A stretch of 64,000 nt of DNA from positions 12,834,001 to 12,898,000 of the forward strand of contig NC_092671.1 in NCBI RefSeq assembly GCF_964355755.1. The letters are read 5' to 3'. A model generated the notes under the pieces. The model was not told the origin of the DNA, did no database searches, and saw only the letters and a program-made list of their open reading frames with translations. A program made the translations under genes and the position numbers. This stretch comes from Antedon mediterranea (lineage: Eukaryota > Animalia > Echinodermata). This document shows positions 37,934 through 53,600 of the stretch, piece after piece; position 1 is the stretch's first letter; the number at the start of each line of letters is the position of its first letter.

Positions 37934-40900
37934 GGCTAAACCAGTTGATTCAAATCATTGATCAAGAGGAATTCAAGAAACTTATTGAAGGCTTAACAGT
38001 TCAGCTTTAACCAAATATAAAATCAATGTAAAATATAGTTAGTACACCTGGTGTTCTGTTCTTTTTTACCATTGGAAATCTACAAATCCCAAATTAAATG
38101 CATCTTTTAGTGGCAGTTTTTTTAAACAAATGCATTTCACTGGACACTGTGGGCCAACTGAAGCACCATCACAATATAAATACTTTTTATTATTATAATA
38201 ATATGATGGGTACTTTAAATACTTCTCAGCTAATATATTTAGCAAATAAAGTTGTTATTTGTCAAAATTATTAAACATAATAAATTAATTAATTAAAACA
38301 ATATATTTGTAATACTTTTGTAATGATAATAATTTAAAATATTAAACTACATAAATTCAATTAAATTGAAATATGTATTTCTGATAATACATTACTTTAA
38401 TGCAATAATTTTGTTTTTAAATTTAAAGTTTAAGGAGTATTACCATATTACAAATTGAATACACATGTAAGCATTCCAATAATTTATATATTTTAGTAAT
38501 AGCTGTAGATAACTGCTAAATGCACATGTTTTGTTAAAGTTTTGTTCATTTTGTAAATTCAGTGTTTTTACTGCAAAATCAAAATGTTTTTATTAATAAA
38601 CCAGATTTATAAAATGCTTATGAGGCATTATCAAGTTTCATTTGTACAACAAAAAATGCTTTTATAATTAGAATATGGTATTCAATAATCAACAATTCAC
38701 TTTCCTATTTTCAATTGTCATACTATTTTGAAGACTACTATTAAAAATAGTATATCTACTGCACACAAATTACTGTTTACTATAACGATGTCATTTCTAG
38801 AGATATTCCATACATTGTATTTCTACTTCAGTGATAGTTGACAAACAGGATTATGAAAATAAAGCACTGTAAATCCGCTTTTGTAGTGACACAAGTGATA
38901 TGTCTACCTTCTTTTAATTGGTTTGGTCAAAGTTTAAGGTCAAAGTTCAAGGTCAAAAGATGGAAGTGCTTTAAATGCAAACATCTGTTACACAACCATT
39001 GGGTTCAGTATTAGGCCATTATTACTATCATTGTGTACTTACTTTAGATACAGATCTCATGGTGATGAAACTTGTTGAGAAAAAAGATGATCGTTTCAAG
39101 CAGTGTACTACTAGGCGGCACCAAATAACCACACCATTGTGATGACATCTAAATATCAAAATGGCATCTATACCAATAAGATACATTCAGGATGTTTCCT
39201 AGAATGTCCAATCTAATAATCATGTTTTTAATGCTGAACTAATGAAAATATAACATACTGTATACATTACATTTCAATGTAAATCCAATCTGTAGTCTGT
39301 ATGATAGCAGTAGATACTACTGTACTACAAATATTTAATGTACTATTAAATGCAATGTCTTCATGTCATTTTAAGGAATGGTTCACAATGTCAGAAAATA
39401 TGGAATGTAAAGCATATTTGAACAAAAACAGCCCACATTTTTTATAAAACTTGCTGCCTGTTATGTACTGTACTGTAGAGATTTATCATCAGATCAGATC
39501 CATCTATACAATTTAGTATGTTTTAAAATTTTAGTGTGGCATGCTGTAACTAACTATCAAATGGCGTACCTTGTTCACAGTAAAATGTCCTCTTAATAGG
39601 GTTTAATATTGTAATTAACATATTAATTACAGTGTCATAAATCTTTATTTGCAATTCTATCCACATACTTGGAAAAGAAAGTCTATAGATCACCGGGCCT
39701 ATAAAGGCAACAATCAACGAATCTGGGCATATTAGGCAAAAAATAAAATATATAATAAAGTATAATTTTTATTCTAGCTTTCAACAGCATTTGTAACTTA
39801 CTTCCTAGGTGATGGTTTAATAATAAACTGAACAAGTGCTTGTTATAGTTAGTAAAAAAACTCAACTAACTAATTTTGAAATTGTTACCTTAAATCTCAA
39901 TAGCAGTCAGACTTCCTATAATAGTGCCTCTTTTTGATGATGGATAATCTATAGACTATTTGGTAAACTTGAAAAATTTCTCTGCAATTGGTAAAGAAAC
40001 TCAATTGTTGATGGGTATTAAAAATGAACATAATGCATGGATAACTAATTTATTTTAAAGTCTGATTTAATAACTTTGAATACACAACATGGTATCTTTT
40101 CAGATCACAAGGCACGGAATAAATGGGGCCAAGAGGGTATATGACTACTATTTAATAAGTGTAAGAGAAAATGGTATACGGATTGTGTATTTTAATTTGG
40201 GAACATGAAAAATGCTGTACATTACTGTAATAGCTGAACAGTGTATGTTATTTCATGAAGTAATAAGATGTTGCCAAAGTCTGAGTACCAAATATACATT
40301 GCAGTTGAGAATACTTGAAGACAACTACAAGTGGGCACATGTACATGTACATTTTCGATGTTAAAAACAACCTCCCTATTTTTTTAAAACCATATTAAAG
40401 CATAGAGGTATAAATAATGCTTGATAATTTATTATGTGAAAATGTATATAGTAATGTATACTTTCTGAAAATTATGCAATACTTGAAAACACTGATATAT
40501 AATAGACAGAAGATAATCTATTTACATCATAGAAAGTCTATATAATATATAACATTATCTTCTTCTATTACTTTAAATAATAAATATTTTGTATGCTTAA
40601 CAAAACAATTTTATTGTGACCAAAATCTGTTATTCGCCTATAGTCTATATGAAGGCATAAAAACATCATTTTCCTGTCGCATATTATTATCAACATATAT
40701 TTTATTTTGTATTTATTCAAAACTCTGAGGACATGCTAATATACATTTTAGCAATCAGCTAGAAACAATGCCAAATCAATATATGTAAGAAACTGTAAGA
40801 AATAAAAGCTTATGCTTAGAGGACATCTAGATTCTAAATTATAATATTGCTTAGTCTTGAGGTAATGGTCTATATTAACTCTAGACCACCGGGTTTAAGT

Positions 40901-41613
40901 CCACAAAACATCTTGATCATCACTTAATTTGGGATTAATTAATTAAATTTTTATTGTTTAAACTGAAACTATTTACTTAAATGATTACTATATCTTTTAC
41001 ATTAATAAAAAAAACAAGACAATTATAATATACCATATATTATATTAGCTATATTCATATATATAATATATATGTTAAATGCACTTAGCTTGTTGTCTAT
41101 TTTTGTTGTGCTATTACTGTATTAGACTTAGATAATTATTATTTTCCTAAATAAAATATTAAAATGATGTTACTCTTTTTCTTTGTTTCATATTGTTAAA
41201 TATTTAAATATTGTCATATTTGTTAAAATTAAGTTTACAAAGAATTTTCGGGTGATACAGGGCATCTCGACTGAACACGTAATATCATTTTTTACTTCTA
41301 TATCAAATAAATCTTGTGGTCCGTTTTGAAAACAAATTTAAATGTAATACACATTCTTGGCATGTCACTAAATGCAGATCAGTTTTTAACCAATGATTGC
41401 ACTAAATGTTTGAAAAACATTTAATATAAATGTAAGTAAATTGTTTAAAGTATGCTATAAAAAATTAAATATATTCCGATGCAATTTTCAAAAAGGTTAT
41501 CCCAAAAATCTTAAATGCACCATTACGGATAATGCCTAAATGGAGATTTCAAAAATCATCAGATCAACAAAAAACCTAATATGGAAACTAAAGATACCTA
41601 TTTCTAGACGAGT

Positions 41614-44600
41614 TTAGTCTTGTTGCATTGGTGGTGCAGCCAGACGAAGTTGGAAACTTTCTTTCTTTAGAAAACTATTATCCCTGACAAGTTCTACACC
41701 TGAACTTTGACCTGAGCTACGACTGTCCCTGATGACATCGCATAGAATGCCCATCTAATAAGAGATAAAGAAATTATAGATATTTAATATTTCCATTCAT
41801 AAGCAACATATATATATTATATTATTAATAATATTCAAAGGCAAATCACTGAAAAAATGACAATGCTGTGGGTATCAGTGGCTGGATTTCAATGAGATAC
41901 AAAATAAAATAAGCAAAAAGCTAAATCCAAACAATAAAGTACAACAGCAACAAAAATTAGCATAATAACATTTGGTTTGTCTTTGCAGTCTTGTAATACA
42001 ATACAATATCTTACCCTTGATGGACCTTCTGCTTCTTTTTTAAGTAACTTCAATGCTGCTGTTTGCTCTGGATCCAAGGTGTCAAGCTGAAAATAAATTT
42101 GTTTAAATTTACATTTCCTATGTTATTTGTTTATACATCTAATTTATCTATATTTTATACTCTTGAACAAATATAATAAAATAGGTTTAAAGTTTAAAAA
42201 ACAAAGAAACTAGGAGTAGCTCCTTATCTATACCTTATTTGAATAACTCTTTGTTGGTTTTCTAACTTCTGATGAAATTTTATCTTCAGAAAAACTTAAT
42301 CTTGTTGCCTTTTTTTGGTTTGGGTTCTTCCATCGCCTAGATGTATTGCACAATAAACAACTCCAATGGAGCTTCCCTTCGATGAGAGTGGAACAGCCCG
42401 CTGACTGAAGACAGCTTGCATGATAACCATGGATACAACTGCAGAGAAAAATATACTTTATCACAAGCTACTTCTTTCATTTTCGGATGTATTATCAACA
42501 GATATGTGTACATGGGGAAGTCTGATCTACAACCAACTTCAATTATTATTTTAGTTACTTCAAAACTAAGCAAATGAATGTTTGCTTAAACTATACATGT
42601 TATGATCAATGTTTTTGTTAAAAGTGTTGATTTTAATGCAAATCAAATCATTCATTTATTCATTATTACCTGAAAATAATCACATCAGCAGAAGATGAAG
42701 AAGAAAAACGTTGTGTACAGATTGGACAGTGCTCTGCTCTTGAAACAATACCTTTATTTGCAGTACTTGTCAGGTTAGTAAGTGACCAGTACAAATCCTG
42801 CGCAAGCAGTTGGTTTGTAGTGTTTAGCAAAGTCTATAATTATACAGAATGAAATGCATGATAAAAAAGTTTAACGACCTCTAATCAGAGACAATTTTGT
42901 GGCCATTAATTAAGCTATATATGAATCATAACAATATATATAAAAATCTTTTTTCAAAAATCTTACTAAATCAGTTAATACATATAAAACAACAAAAGAG
43001 GTTTGGTTTAAAAAAAATAATGACCTGTTCATAGTTGTATGTATCCAGCATGCCCAATATAAGTTCCTTTATTTCACCAAAGTTACCAGAACTATATGTT
43101 GGATCCTGAAAAAAAACCAATAAATATTAGGATATTAAATACATTCCGGCGTTTAGTACTTCAGAGTGCTATCGAAATACAAGAAAGCTATAGACAAAAA
43201 ATGTATTTGTTTTTTATGCAACAGAATAAAATTACCTGCATTATTTTCTGCAAGATTGATGGTAAAGCTATGTAACCCAGCATACTGTTTAAAACATGAG
43301 TTGTTAACATTTTAAAATCTAAAAGTAAAACAAATTTTATAACAGGTTAACAATAACAATATATTTGCAATTTTGCTGTCTTACTAACAGTCACTACTGT
43401 ACAAGTAATCAATTAATTATTCTACCATTAAAATGTGTTTCCATTTCAGTGCCTTTAAGTTTTCTTTGGGTCATCATCATAAGGTCAAGCAGTGGAAACC
43501 AAATAGACTGAAATGTAGAACAATCAAAAATAATAGTTAAACTTCTTTATATTTACATATATTATAATAATTCACTCTCAGGATATAGTTACATAAACAA
43601 AAACAGTGGTATATTTGTTTCTGTTAAGACTTCCTTCATTCTATGAATTCATGAGGAAAAATGTATATAGGTTTTTGGAGTGAATTCAGACAACAGCCTT
43701 GTACTTGTACTGCTTTATGAGCAAACCTTTTATGTATTCGTCCTAAACAGGAAATGAAATAAGCTATTTACTAGCTATTTGTTAAAACTGATTATTTTGT
43801 TTATGTACTGTTTGTGCCTGAAAATACCTGACGCTGTGGCTCATCCATTACAGAAGAACTTCTCTGACAGAGTTGAACAATCACCATTAATACAGCTTGA
43901 ACATTTGAGATAATTAAACTAACTAAAAAAAAAGAAGAAAAAGCAAGTAATTATTAGATCTTCATATACAATCAAGGAATTACTTCACGATCACGTTCTG
44001 TTATTGACTTTTCGACACTTACTTTTTGCCTTATCTTTCGTATCAACAATGTCTGTATATAGGCAAACTTTCACCTGAAGAGCCTCAATCAGAATTCCAA
44101 ATGCACCTTGAATATCACCTGCCTTCTCAAGCAAGTAAGCTGTTGCATCAGATACCTTGTAGTATCGAACAATCTTGAACAAAAATAAGATATACATAAA
44201 TATACTGAATGATGGGTTATAGGGGACAATAAGAAAATTACAAAAAATGTAATAACTTTGGTTGAAATCTTCAAATAGCAAATCTATTATTTAAATACTA
44301 CTTGATTACTTCAGAATTATCATTAGAAAAACTAAAAATCAATCATATTAATTCCACAGGTTAGAAGACCACAGAGCTGCAGTAGAAAGAAACACACACT
44401 AAAAATGTAGCTAGAGACCATTTGGGAAGTGAACATAATAATAATCTAAAAAACTATTATTATTACTCCTATGACTTTAACATGGTTAATACAATGCGAG
44501 TACTGTATATTGCATTTACCTTCAGTGTTTCTTCTAACCTGTATCCATCAGCCACTTGTAGGTAATTCAGTACTACATTGGTCTCAAACTGGCACATCAG

Positions 44601-47600
44601 TTCAATATACATCTCAAAAATGTATGGCTCAATATGTGCTTGGTCCTTTTGGTTTATTGCTGTGGTCATGTGATCACGCATCTCAATTAAACCTTTCAGA
44701 AACTCATACTGTGTCCTGGGTTCACTCTGGAGGTCAACAATATAGTAATGTTTATAATTGAAAAAATACATGTAAAAAATAATGTTCTGAAAGAAAAAAA
44801 TTGTATAGGCCTAACTGATAACATTATCAGATTGTGCTTTGGTATGTGATATATTCAACCATGGAGAAGTAAGTGCTGTATCTACTTATTTCTCAATGCT
44901 GCAACCAAAACATGAGGCAAACAGAGATATACATCTGATCATCAAAGTAATTGATGACCTCCTAAAGTACAGCACAACTGTTATACATACCTTTATCAAA
45001 TTGATTATTGTATTAACTGATTCAGCAAAATCAGACAGAACTAAACACGCCGTTTCTTTGCTATCAATCATAATTAGATCCTATAGCAACAAAAACATTA
45101 AGTTTGAATAAATGATTCTGCTAAAATAATTTCATCTGGTTTCAGTGTAGTATTAAATTATTATATAGTGGTTTAATAAAATAAATAAAACATACTTTGA
45201 AGATAATTTCATTGAGTAGAAGAAATGTTACAACAAAAACAGGGTTAAAATACTTTTAATAGTATTAAAAAGAAAATATACCTGTAGATGCTCAATGGCT
45301 TTCGTTCGTACAGAGTTTTGTTGATCTTCTGTGTATTTTGACGAAGATAAGATTCCATGCACATAAGAAAATATTTCCTCCTAAAATTAATTTAATAGTC
45401 ATATTTAGTTTTACTGAAGCATTTCGCAAATGAATGTCTTGTGTTTGGCAATTCAATAGTATACGCAATACACTTTCCCAATATTATTTAATCGGTTGAA
45501 AGATTTTAGATATTTTTCAGAAAGTTATTTTCATGCATTGAATTTTTCGTATTTCTAAAAATGTATTTATATTAATATTATACCTTGCGAGATGGATCTT
45601 GAAGATAACACAGAAATATCTTGTCATATTGGGAAGTATTCTGATACAAAAGTTCACAAACTTGAAAACTAGAAAAGAAAAATATACCAAAATAAGTAAC
45701 ATCTTTATTCTTGTTTGTAAGAAAATAAGATAAGAAGAATAAATTACTATAGATATTGGTATGGCTTACAATTGAGCTTTCTCAGCAAGTTGAAGTAACT
45801 TTTCATTATCGACTTGTTGTAGGCCACCATCATTTAGAAGTTCTAACAGGGCTTGTTGTCTTTCAGCATGGCGTATACTAACCTCTACACTGCATAAGTA
45901 TTCTAGCACCTAATGTTTAATATAAAGATAAATTACTCATACATAACACAGTTGTCAATGGTAATTATACTAACATTTACAATACCTCACATTTATAATA
46001 ATTATATCTTCATTTGATAAGGCATATATTGATTGTGATAAATATGATAATGACAATTTAAATCTTTAGAAGCAATACACCTCTTGTACTAAACTAACCT
46101 GTTCAAATAATAGCCTATTGACTACTATTGTGTTTTCATGTTTTGCCATTTGTCTTGCAAGAAATGTAAATAAAAACCCAACTTGACTCGGCTGTCAAAA
46201 AAAAGTCAATTTCATATGAATATCCATATCATCTAACTTCTATTATTTTATGCTTACAAACTATTATATACGGTCATTAAAAAAAAAGAAACAAAATTAA
46301 TTGTAGACAAATTAGTATTTAAGGCTCTGTCTACACTATCATCTAAATGTGATGTGTCTATATATGGACATGATGAAGTCATATAACTACCATATTTGGG
46401 TATATCACTTTTTTGTCTGTGTAGACAGAGCTTTACATTATATACTTACATCAAATCCTGTGCTCTCCACCATTATCTGTAACAATATATCTACAATTTT
46501 CTGCCTTGATTGCACACCATATGGAATACTAACAAAAAAACAAGCACAGATGGTGGTGAATAAGGCTTTAATAACAGTATACAAATATCAAAGTGTGAAC
46601 AGCTGGTAACAACACAGACGTTAGAAAGATTATATCTCTTTACTTACTCTTGCACTTTAAATTCAGGCTCTTCGAATGCAAGAGCCAAGACATTAAGGAA
46701 CTCTCTGGTATCAAACCCTAGTAATGTCCTCAGGTGTGGATACACATGCTCATCTGCTGGATGTTGTTCTGTGTGTAAACTTGTTAAACATTTCCACACC
46801 TGTATGCAAATTTTATTTAATTAATATTCACAATTATATTTAATTAGTTTACAAAATACAATATTAAAACTGCAGTTAATAATTTTTATTTTTTAATCAA
46901 ACTGTGGTAAATATGATACATACCCCATCTTTAACTTGATTTACAAGAAAATGTGGAATATCTCCAAATGGGTATGCTCTACCAGCAAGGCAACAGCTGG
47001 AAATCAAAACAAATCATAATTTTTTTTAAATCAATACAACTACTATTTAATACTACTAAAATCATAAAGTCTACCAGTAAGGTGCTTTTTAATTATATTG
47101 TTGAAACAACGAAGCATAACGTCTTACCTTATGTAGACTAACAACTTATTTCCAAGTCTTACTTGTAGGTCTACAAACAAAAGATAAAAAGCTTCTTTTA
47201 AAAAAAGTTTTAGTTAATTTAATAATCATCACTCAAATTAAAGAACCTCAAATTTAAGATACTGCACCTCCAATTAAAGACCAAGACATCAGTTTTATGA
47301 CGACTAGAATAAACAATATACAACTAGGCCTAGTTATTATATTAGTGACCCAAAGAAAACCCTGTATTAACTTACCAGTGAGTTGTTTTCCAGCTTCTAC
47401 GGCAACTTTAAGTTTCTTTAATAGGTCTTCTAGTGGAGTAATATAGTCTTGCATTCCTTTATTATACACATATATTATGGCATCATATAGACCATGTGAC
47501 CAGCACAGACTCACAACCTAATAATAAATTGATGAATATATTAGGACACTTGACTGTCATACAGATAGACCTGGGTTCAATTCCCGACAACTCCCGGTCC

Positions 47601-50600
47601 ACTCAGCTGTAAATGAGCACCTGGTTGAAAATACTAGGGAGAACAAAGGCGGCGTGGCGGCCACCCTACCACATAATGCCGAGGCTTAGTACAATGAGCT
47701 CCTAACAGCTCATTCCCCTACGTTCAGAGAACACGGGACTCGCCTTTACCTTTATATATAGTTATATACAAATGCATTTTTTCTTTTCGTTTATGGGTCT
47801 TGCTTGACAAGAAACTTCTTCTTGCAAAATCCTCTATTAATGTTATTGTTGTATTGTTTCATTATTATATATTACCATTGCATTGTATTGTTTACCATTG
47901 ATAAAAATTAATAAATGTTAAAATATTATAATTATGTTATATGTATAATAATACTAACCTGGTGAATATCTAGACTAGCAACATCCATGTGTACTATACA
48001 AGCTTCTACATTCTGTACCATACCCTTCATCTGGTAGTGATCAACAAATTCTTTCATGACAGCTGGGGTAATAGATGTTAAGCGGTCATTCAGAATGTAT
48101 GGCTCCAAACACTCTAAAAACACACCATTAGCTGTTATGTCTTGGTTAAAGCGTTCGTAGATTGTTCCAAATAGCACATCACTGTATCAAATGAAATTTA
48201 AAAAGAGTTATACAGGTACTTACAACAGAAAATTCAACTGAGCAACAATACAATAGAAACGATGTACATATGGACAGACTACTGTCAAACTGATTAAAAT
48301 ATATTTTTCTAAGGAACAGTAATTTTATAATAGAAAAAATAAGACTTCGTTTTTCATAAAACAAACTTACATCTTCCCAAGCTTCAGACAATGTTCCACA
48401 CACACAGGAACAACAGCCTATGATAAAAGATAAAACTATATTAGCTTTAACCTACTACTGTACTAATATGAAACTGTATCAGTATATAGTATAGTATTCA
48501 CTTATGCGCTGTCAAATAATTAAAACAAAAAAAAAGTGTGATGTGCCCAATTATGGTAGTGATATGAGGCCAAATATTGTTTTCTCACATAAGGTTTGAT
48601 AGTATAAACAGAGCTTTAGAATGGTAAGACACGGTTGGATAAAATTTAATCTATAATTACATTTATATTACAATATAATAATTAGTATACATTTGCTACT
48701 AACCTGAAAATGTTCTGTCAAAAGAAATGTGCCACCACTCTGTGGACAATTATGAGTCATTGAAATGTCTACAAAGTTGTACAAAACATCCATTATCTGA
48801 TGGGAAAAGGAATAAATATGATTAAACATTTTTTTTTCTTTCAAAACCAATGCATAAAGTTTTTGAAGATTATGTATTGTGTTATTGTTACTTACTTTGT
48901 CTACTAGAATTGTTTTTCGCTTTTGTTTTCCAACCAAACCTGAAAAAAAAAATACATTTTATATTACTTTTCCTTAGTCTAATCTAAAATATTGCTATTG
49001 AATTTAAAGTTTTGTATAAACAAAAGAAATCAATAATCAACATACCAACCACCGCCTTAGCCTTTCCTTCATAGAAGGACATTGCAAGTGCCAACGCCTC
49101 TTGGAACTTATTCTGACGAACTAACAGATCAATTCTCTGGCAAAAAAAAAACCATTTCTACTTTATGTACAGGTTTTTTAAAATCCCATGACTTATACCA
49201 ACTGTTAATAATTAAAACATTAAGTATATACTATGTATTTTAGAAAAAATAATGTGTAGGTTTATTATAGAACATTAAATGATAACATAATATTATTAAA
49301 TAATAAATAAACTTACATCATTCCATTGTCTGATTGTCATCACATGAATAGACTGTTGATAAACAATAAAAAAATACTAGTCACCATGATTGAGTAATAT
49401 TTTTTAACAGGAAACAGAGAAACGTAAATATATATATTGTGTATTGAATTATATTATTTGAATTACAGCACCTTAGTTCCAAGCAGAATCAACTGGCCGT
49501 TGAATGTGTCCAATGACTGGAAACATGCCCGCTCTCCTGCTAATGCCTAAAACAAATTAGTAAAAAAAGAATGTAATATGTTGTACTGTAATTTGTTGTT
49601 CCCTATGTATGCTATTACTACCTTTGCCCAACTCACCAATGCTTTGCTAACGTTTCCTCCTGTCGCTAGTGACTTGAAGTGACTACTACCATACACAAGC
49701 TGTACATCTACAAGGTCAATGACCTCAAGTTCTTCATCTGACCTCACATCAATCACATGAAGTTTCTCCAATGTGTCCACAGTAACCAATGTCCGGGGAT
49801 TCAACCACTAACGATTAAATAAAATATATGCCTTTTAATTTACATATTCTTGAAAACCATATTTTTCAATAATCAGCTCAACAGCAAGTAAGATGTTTAT
49901 CATCTCTAATAATGACTGTACATTGCACTAAAAGTAGACACATAGCAAAGGATAAATGTAGTATTTTTTGTGATAATATTTATTGTTTTCGTTGTAAGAT
50001 TACTGTTGCTATTACATCTATTTAATTACTTTCTTTATGATAATTTGCTATGGTATTGATTTACCTGTAATTTTAGCTAATTGTGTTGTTTAATTAATTA
50101 TGTATATAAATTATATTTATTGATTCAATCCTGTTATGGGAGACTTTGGTTGCTGTTGGATGAAGATGAAATAAAATAAAAAAATAAAAATAGTATGAAT
50201 AACAAAACAAACCTTAAAATTAAGAAGAGTATATGGTACTTTCATTGTTTGCAACAAACCAAATTGTACTGTTCCATCGGTCTGATATATGAGCTGCAGA
50301 GGAGTAACAAATAATAACATTCTTTAAATAACATAGTATAAAACTGACTCATAATAACGAGAAGCAAGCACATGATTCAATGTTTCGATCTTCATCAGGA
50401 ATGAACAATAATACCAAAGGCAGACAATTATAACTACATTCTATTCATAAGTATGTAAATGAGATATAAACAATTAGTCATACAGGGTGTTACAAAGAAA
50501 ATCAAAACACGTATGTGTAGGTCACAATAAGGTTTTACTTGCTTTAAAGCCTTACCTGGAAGAAGTAGATTGTACTGTCCCTAGCAAAGGCAAGAACGGG

Positions 50601-53600
50601 TTCAATAGAACTTGGACTTTGAGATTTCTGAATGACCACAAACTGCCAGGCTAGCAGAGGTAGTGTGTTTAAATCACCCTTAAAAAGAACATAAAACAAA
50701 TATCAATCAAACTGATTGTGTTAATCATCATGAAAATGAAACAATAATATACAGATAAATATAAGTAGTATAGCTTACTTACCTTCAATGGTTTTGTAAA
50801 CATAACAGTCAGTTTCGGCCTCATAGAGACAATGAATATCTACGGATACATAAATGCATATATTAATATACAGAATTTGTATCATAAACATCATAATAAC
50901 TTCATACATTTCAAAAATACAGAAAACAAAATAATAACCACACTTAATAATAATTTATTAACATTTGCAAATATTACCTTTGAAAGTGTTGCCATGGCAA
51001 GTATAGACATATCTTGTAGAGGATGATGTTTAACAGAGTTTGTGACATAGAGTGGTGCAAGTGTACAAACCTCTCCACGACTGAAATCACAATTAACAAT
51101 GTATTCATTAAATAAAAGCTTGTATATCAGAGAAGATGATAATACAGATAATGCATCTGGTGTATAGAACAATAACAACACAAACAATAATAACAGAATT
51201 ATAAATTTAAAATAAAAGCAACCACAATAAAAGGAAAATCATTAATATCTATAACTAGGCCTTCACTGCTGATAGGAAGAGAATATTTGAAAATAATGCA
51301 AATATATTCATGAAAAAATTGAATTCATACCTGCCAGAAAAGAGGCATCTTGATTCACATGTTCTCATACCCATCACCCTCCTGTTAGAGAAATACCAAA
51401 TAAACTGTGGCTTTATACAATAGATACATATATCCATAAGTACTCTATTCAAATACATTTCTATTATAGTATCTTTACATTGTTCTTTTACACGTTTGCA
51501 AAATACAAGAAGTTACTGATGGATGGATATTACATACTTAAAGCTAAGTTCAAACACAGATCCTCCACTATCACTGCAGATAGCAAGTGTTGGGTCATCA
51601 GTAAATTTGATGTGAAGGACAGCTGACCCGGCTGGATGGGCATCAGTGATGGTTCGAAGCAGTTTACCAGAGGTCAAGTCCCACATTGTCATCTGAAAAT
51701 GAAAACAAAGTTATTATTGTTAAAAAGTACATAATACACACCATATACTATGTCATATCACCTTTTCCTTGTATATCTTATGCCAAATAGAAGCAGTTTG
51801 GGTTTAGTGCATGACTGCTTTGATCCATGTATATACATGAGTGTATATACAAATGTGAGTCCCTCTCCAATATCTAATGCTAATCTAATGCTAATATCTA
51901 ATGCTCATTCTACTGAGGCAGCCCAGAAGGATATACCTTTCAGTGATATAAATCCATTTATTACTATTCTAAGAATTCAGAGTATTGCCTTTGATGCGTG
52001 TCATTCTTATAATTCTCAAAATATAGGGATGTGTGAGATTAAGTAAAGATGTCATACTTGTCCTTTAGCAAATCCAGCAAGCAATCTAGTGCAATCCATA
52101 TTGATACTAAGAGCAGTAACAGCACCATACTGAGCACCAACTGCCTTGCTTCCCAGGCACCAATTCAGTACCTGCTTGGGATCTACAGCAGGAAATAAAA
52201 AGTTATACCTGTATCATTTTATTTAATATGCAGTCAAGATTTTAAAAGGTAGTGAAAGCCAAGATACTTTTTAAATATGTTGTGATACAAAAATAGTAGA
52301 AGTAATTTATTATATAAATAATAAAAAAATAAAGTTATATATTTACTCACCAAATACAAGAATCAGTCCATGAGAAGTACCAATAGAGATAAACTTAGAA
52401 ACAGCCATAGCAGTTGGCTTTCCTGCATCAACACGGTCCTACAATATTATATGTAATAAGAATTATAGCAATTGTTGAACAAAATCAAATGCTAGATATG
52501 TACAATGTTATGCTGCCTATTCTGCCTTGAATAAAAACAGGGTCATGTCCACCCCTATAAATTTACCATTAACAATGAGCTTAAAGGCTGCAAGCACTTA
52601 CAAGGGTGACCTGACAAACCATGCAAGGATTGCTCACTTTCTCACAAGCATACAAGTTTAATTCTTGTCGCAACCGCCTTGTACCAACATATAATAACTT
52701 CTGAATAACAAATGACACTTACAGCTGCAGATACAACTTGAGATGACATTCCACGTAACATGACATGACGCAAGATTGAACCATGTGCTTCATAGTGAAT
52801 GCTACTTTTTGTTTTTCTGTTAATAAATAGATGCAGTTCATTTCTATTTAATTGGAACCCTTTTAATAAAAAGAATAATGTAATAGCTATCTAAATAATA
52901 ATTTGTGCCGATTACTAGCTGCATTATGGGAGTATGTTTCCATCATGTTTGGTAAAAAAAATGACTGGGGTAATAATGTGAAGCTCTTAGAAGCATTGTG
53001 CAATAAGCACTATATGAAAAAACGAATATTATTATTATTTAATGATACACAAACAATAAATATTGGTTGAGTAACCATGATCCTCACAGCTCAAAGATAT
53101 TTAAGAGCATGGCACTTAGATCCAATACTGGTCTACATACATTAAATTATACCAATACTAATTGTAACCCGGAAAGCAAATCAGTTTATACTAATAACTA
53201 GTTAATAACTTACTGATTTTTTGTTTTAGACTCTTTGTTGTCATGATTAGAGGTGGCTTCATCAAAACTTAGTTCACCATTTTTAGTATTCAGTTCACTG
53301 TAAAATTCATAATTGTCATCAGGCTGTGAATAAAATAATAGAGTAACAACAGTAAAATGAAATACAAAATGGAAAACAGCATTATTGACTCACTGAAAAT
53401 ACTGAATTATTATTTCAGTTACCTCATTTAAAATACTGTCCAATGTTGGTGTTTTCTCCAGTTCAGGAATGTCAAATTCATCATCATCTATCTATTTAAG
53501 AAAAAAAGTAGAAAAATCCCATGACACCCATCAATCATGCTATAACTTAAAGTAAAGATGTATTGTCCCTTGAAGCACAAAAAATGAAGGTCAAAATATT

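Noticed and set aside
48218-48292. Extra strong donor (gtaagt on the - strand) suggesting another VPS8 exon
   Set aside because: The neighbouring exon at about 48370-48416 (AVVPVCVEHCLKLGK) already supplies the conserved sequence in frame; there is no support for a cassette exon.
51927-51934. ATATCCTT on the - strand, a U12 AT-AC donor motif in VPS8
   Set aside because: It lies mid-intron, and the flanking exons already join in frame through GT-AG sites.
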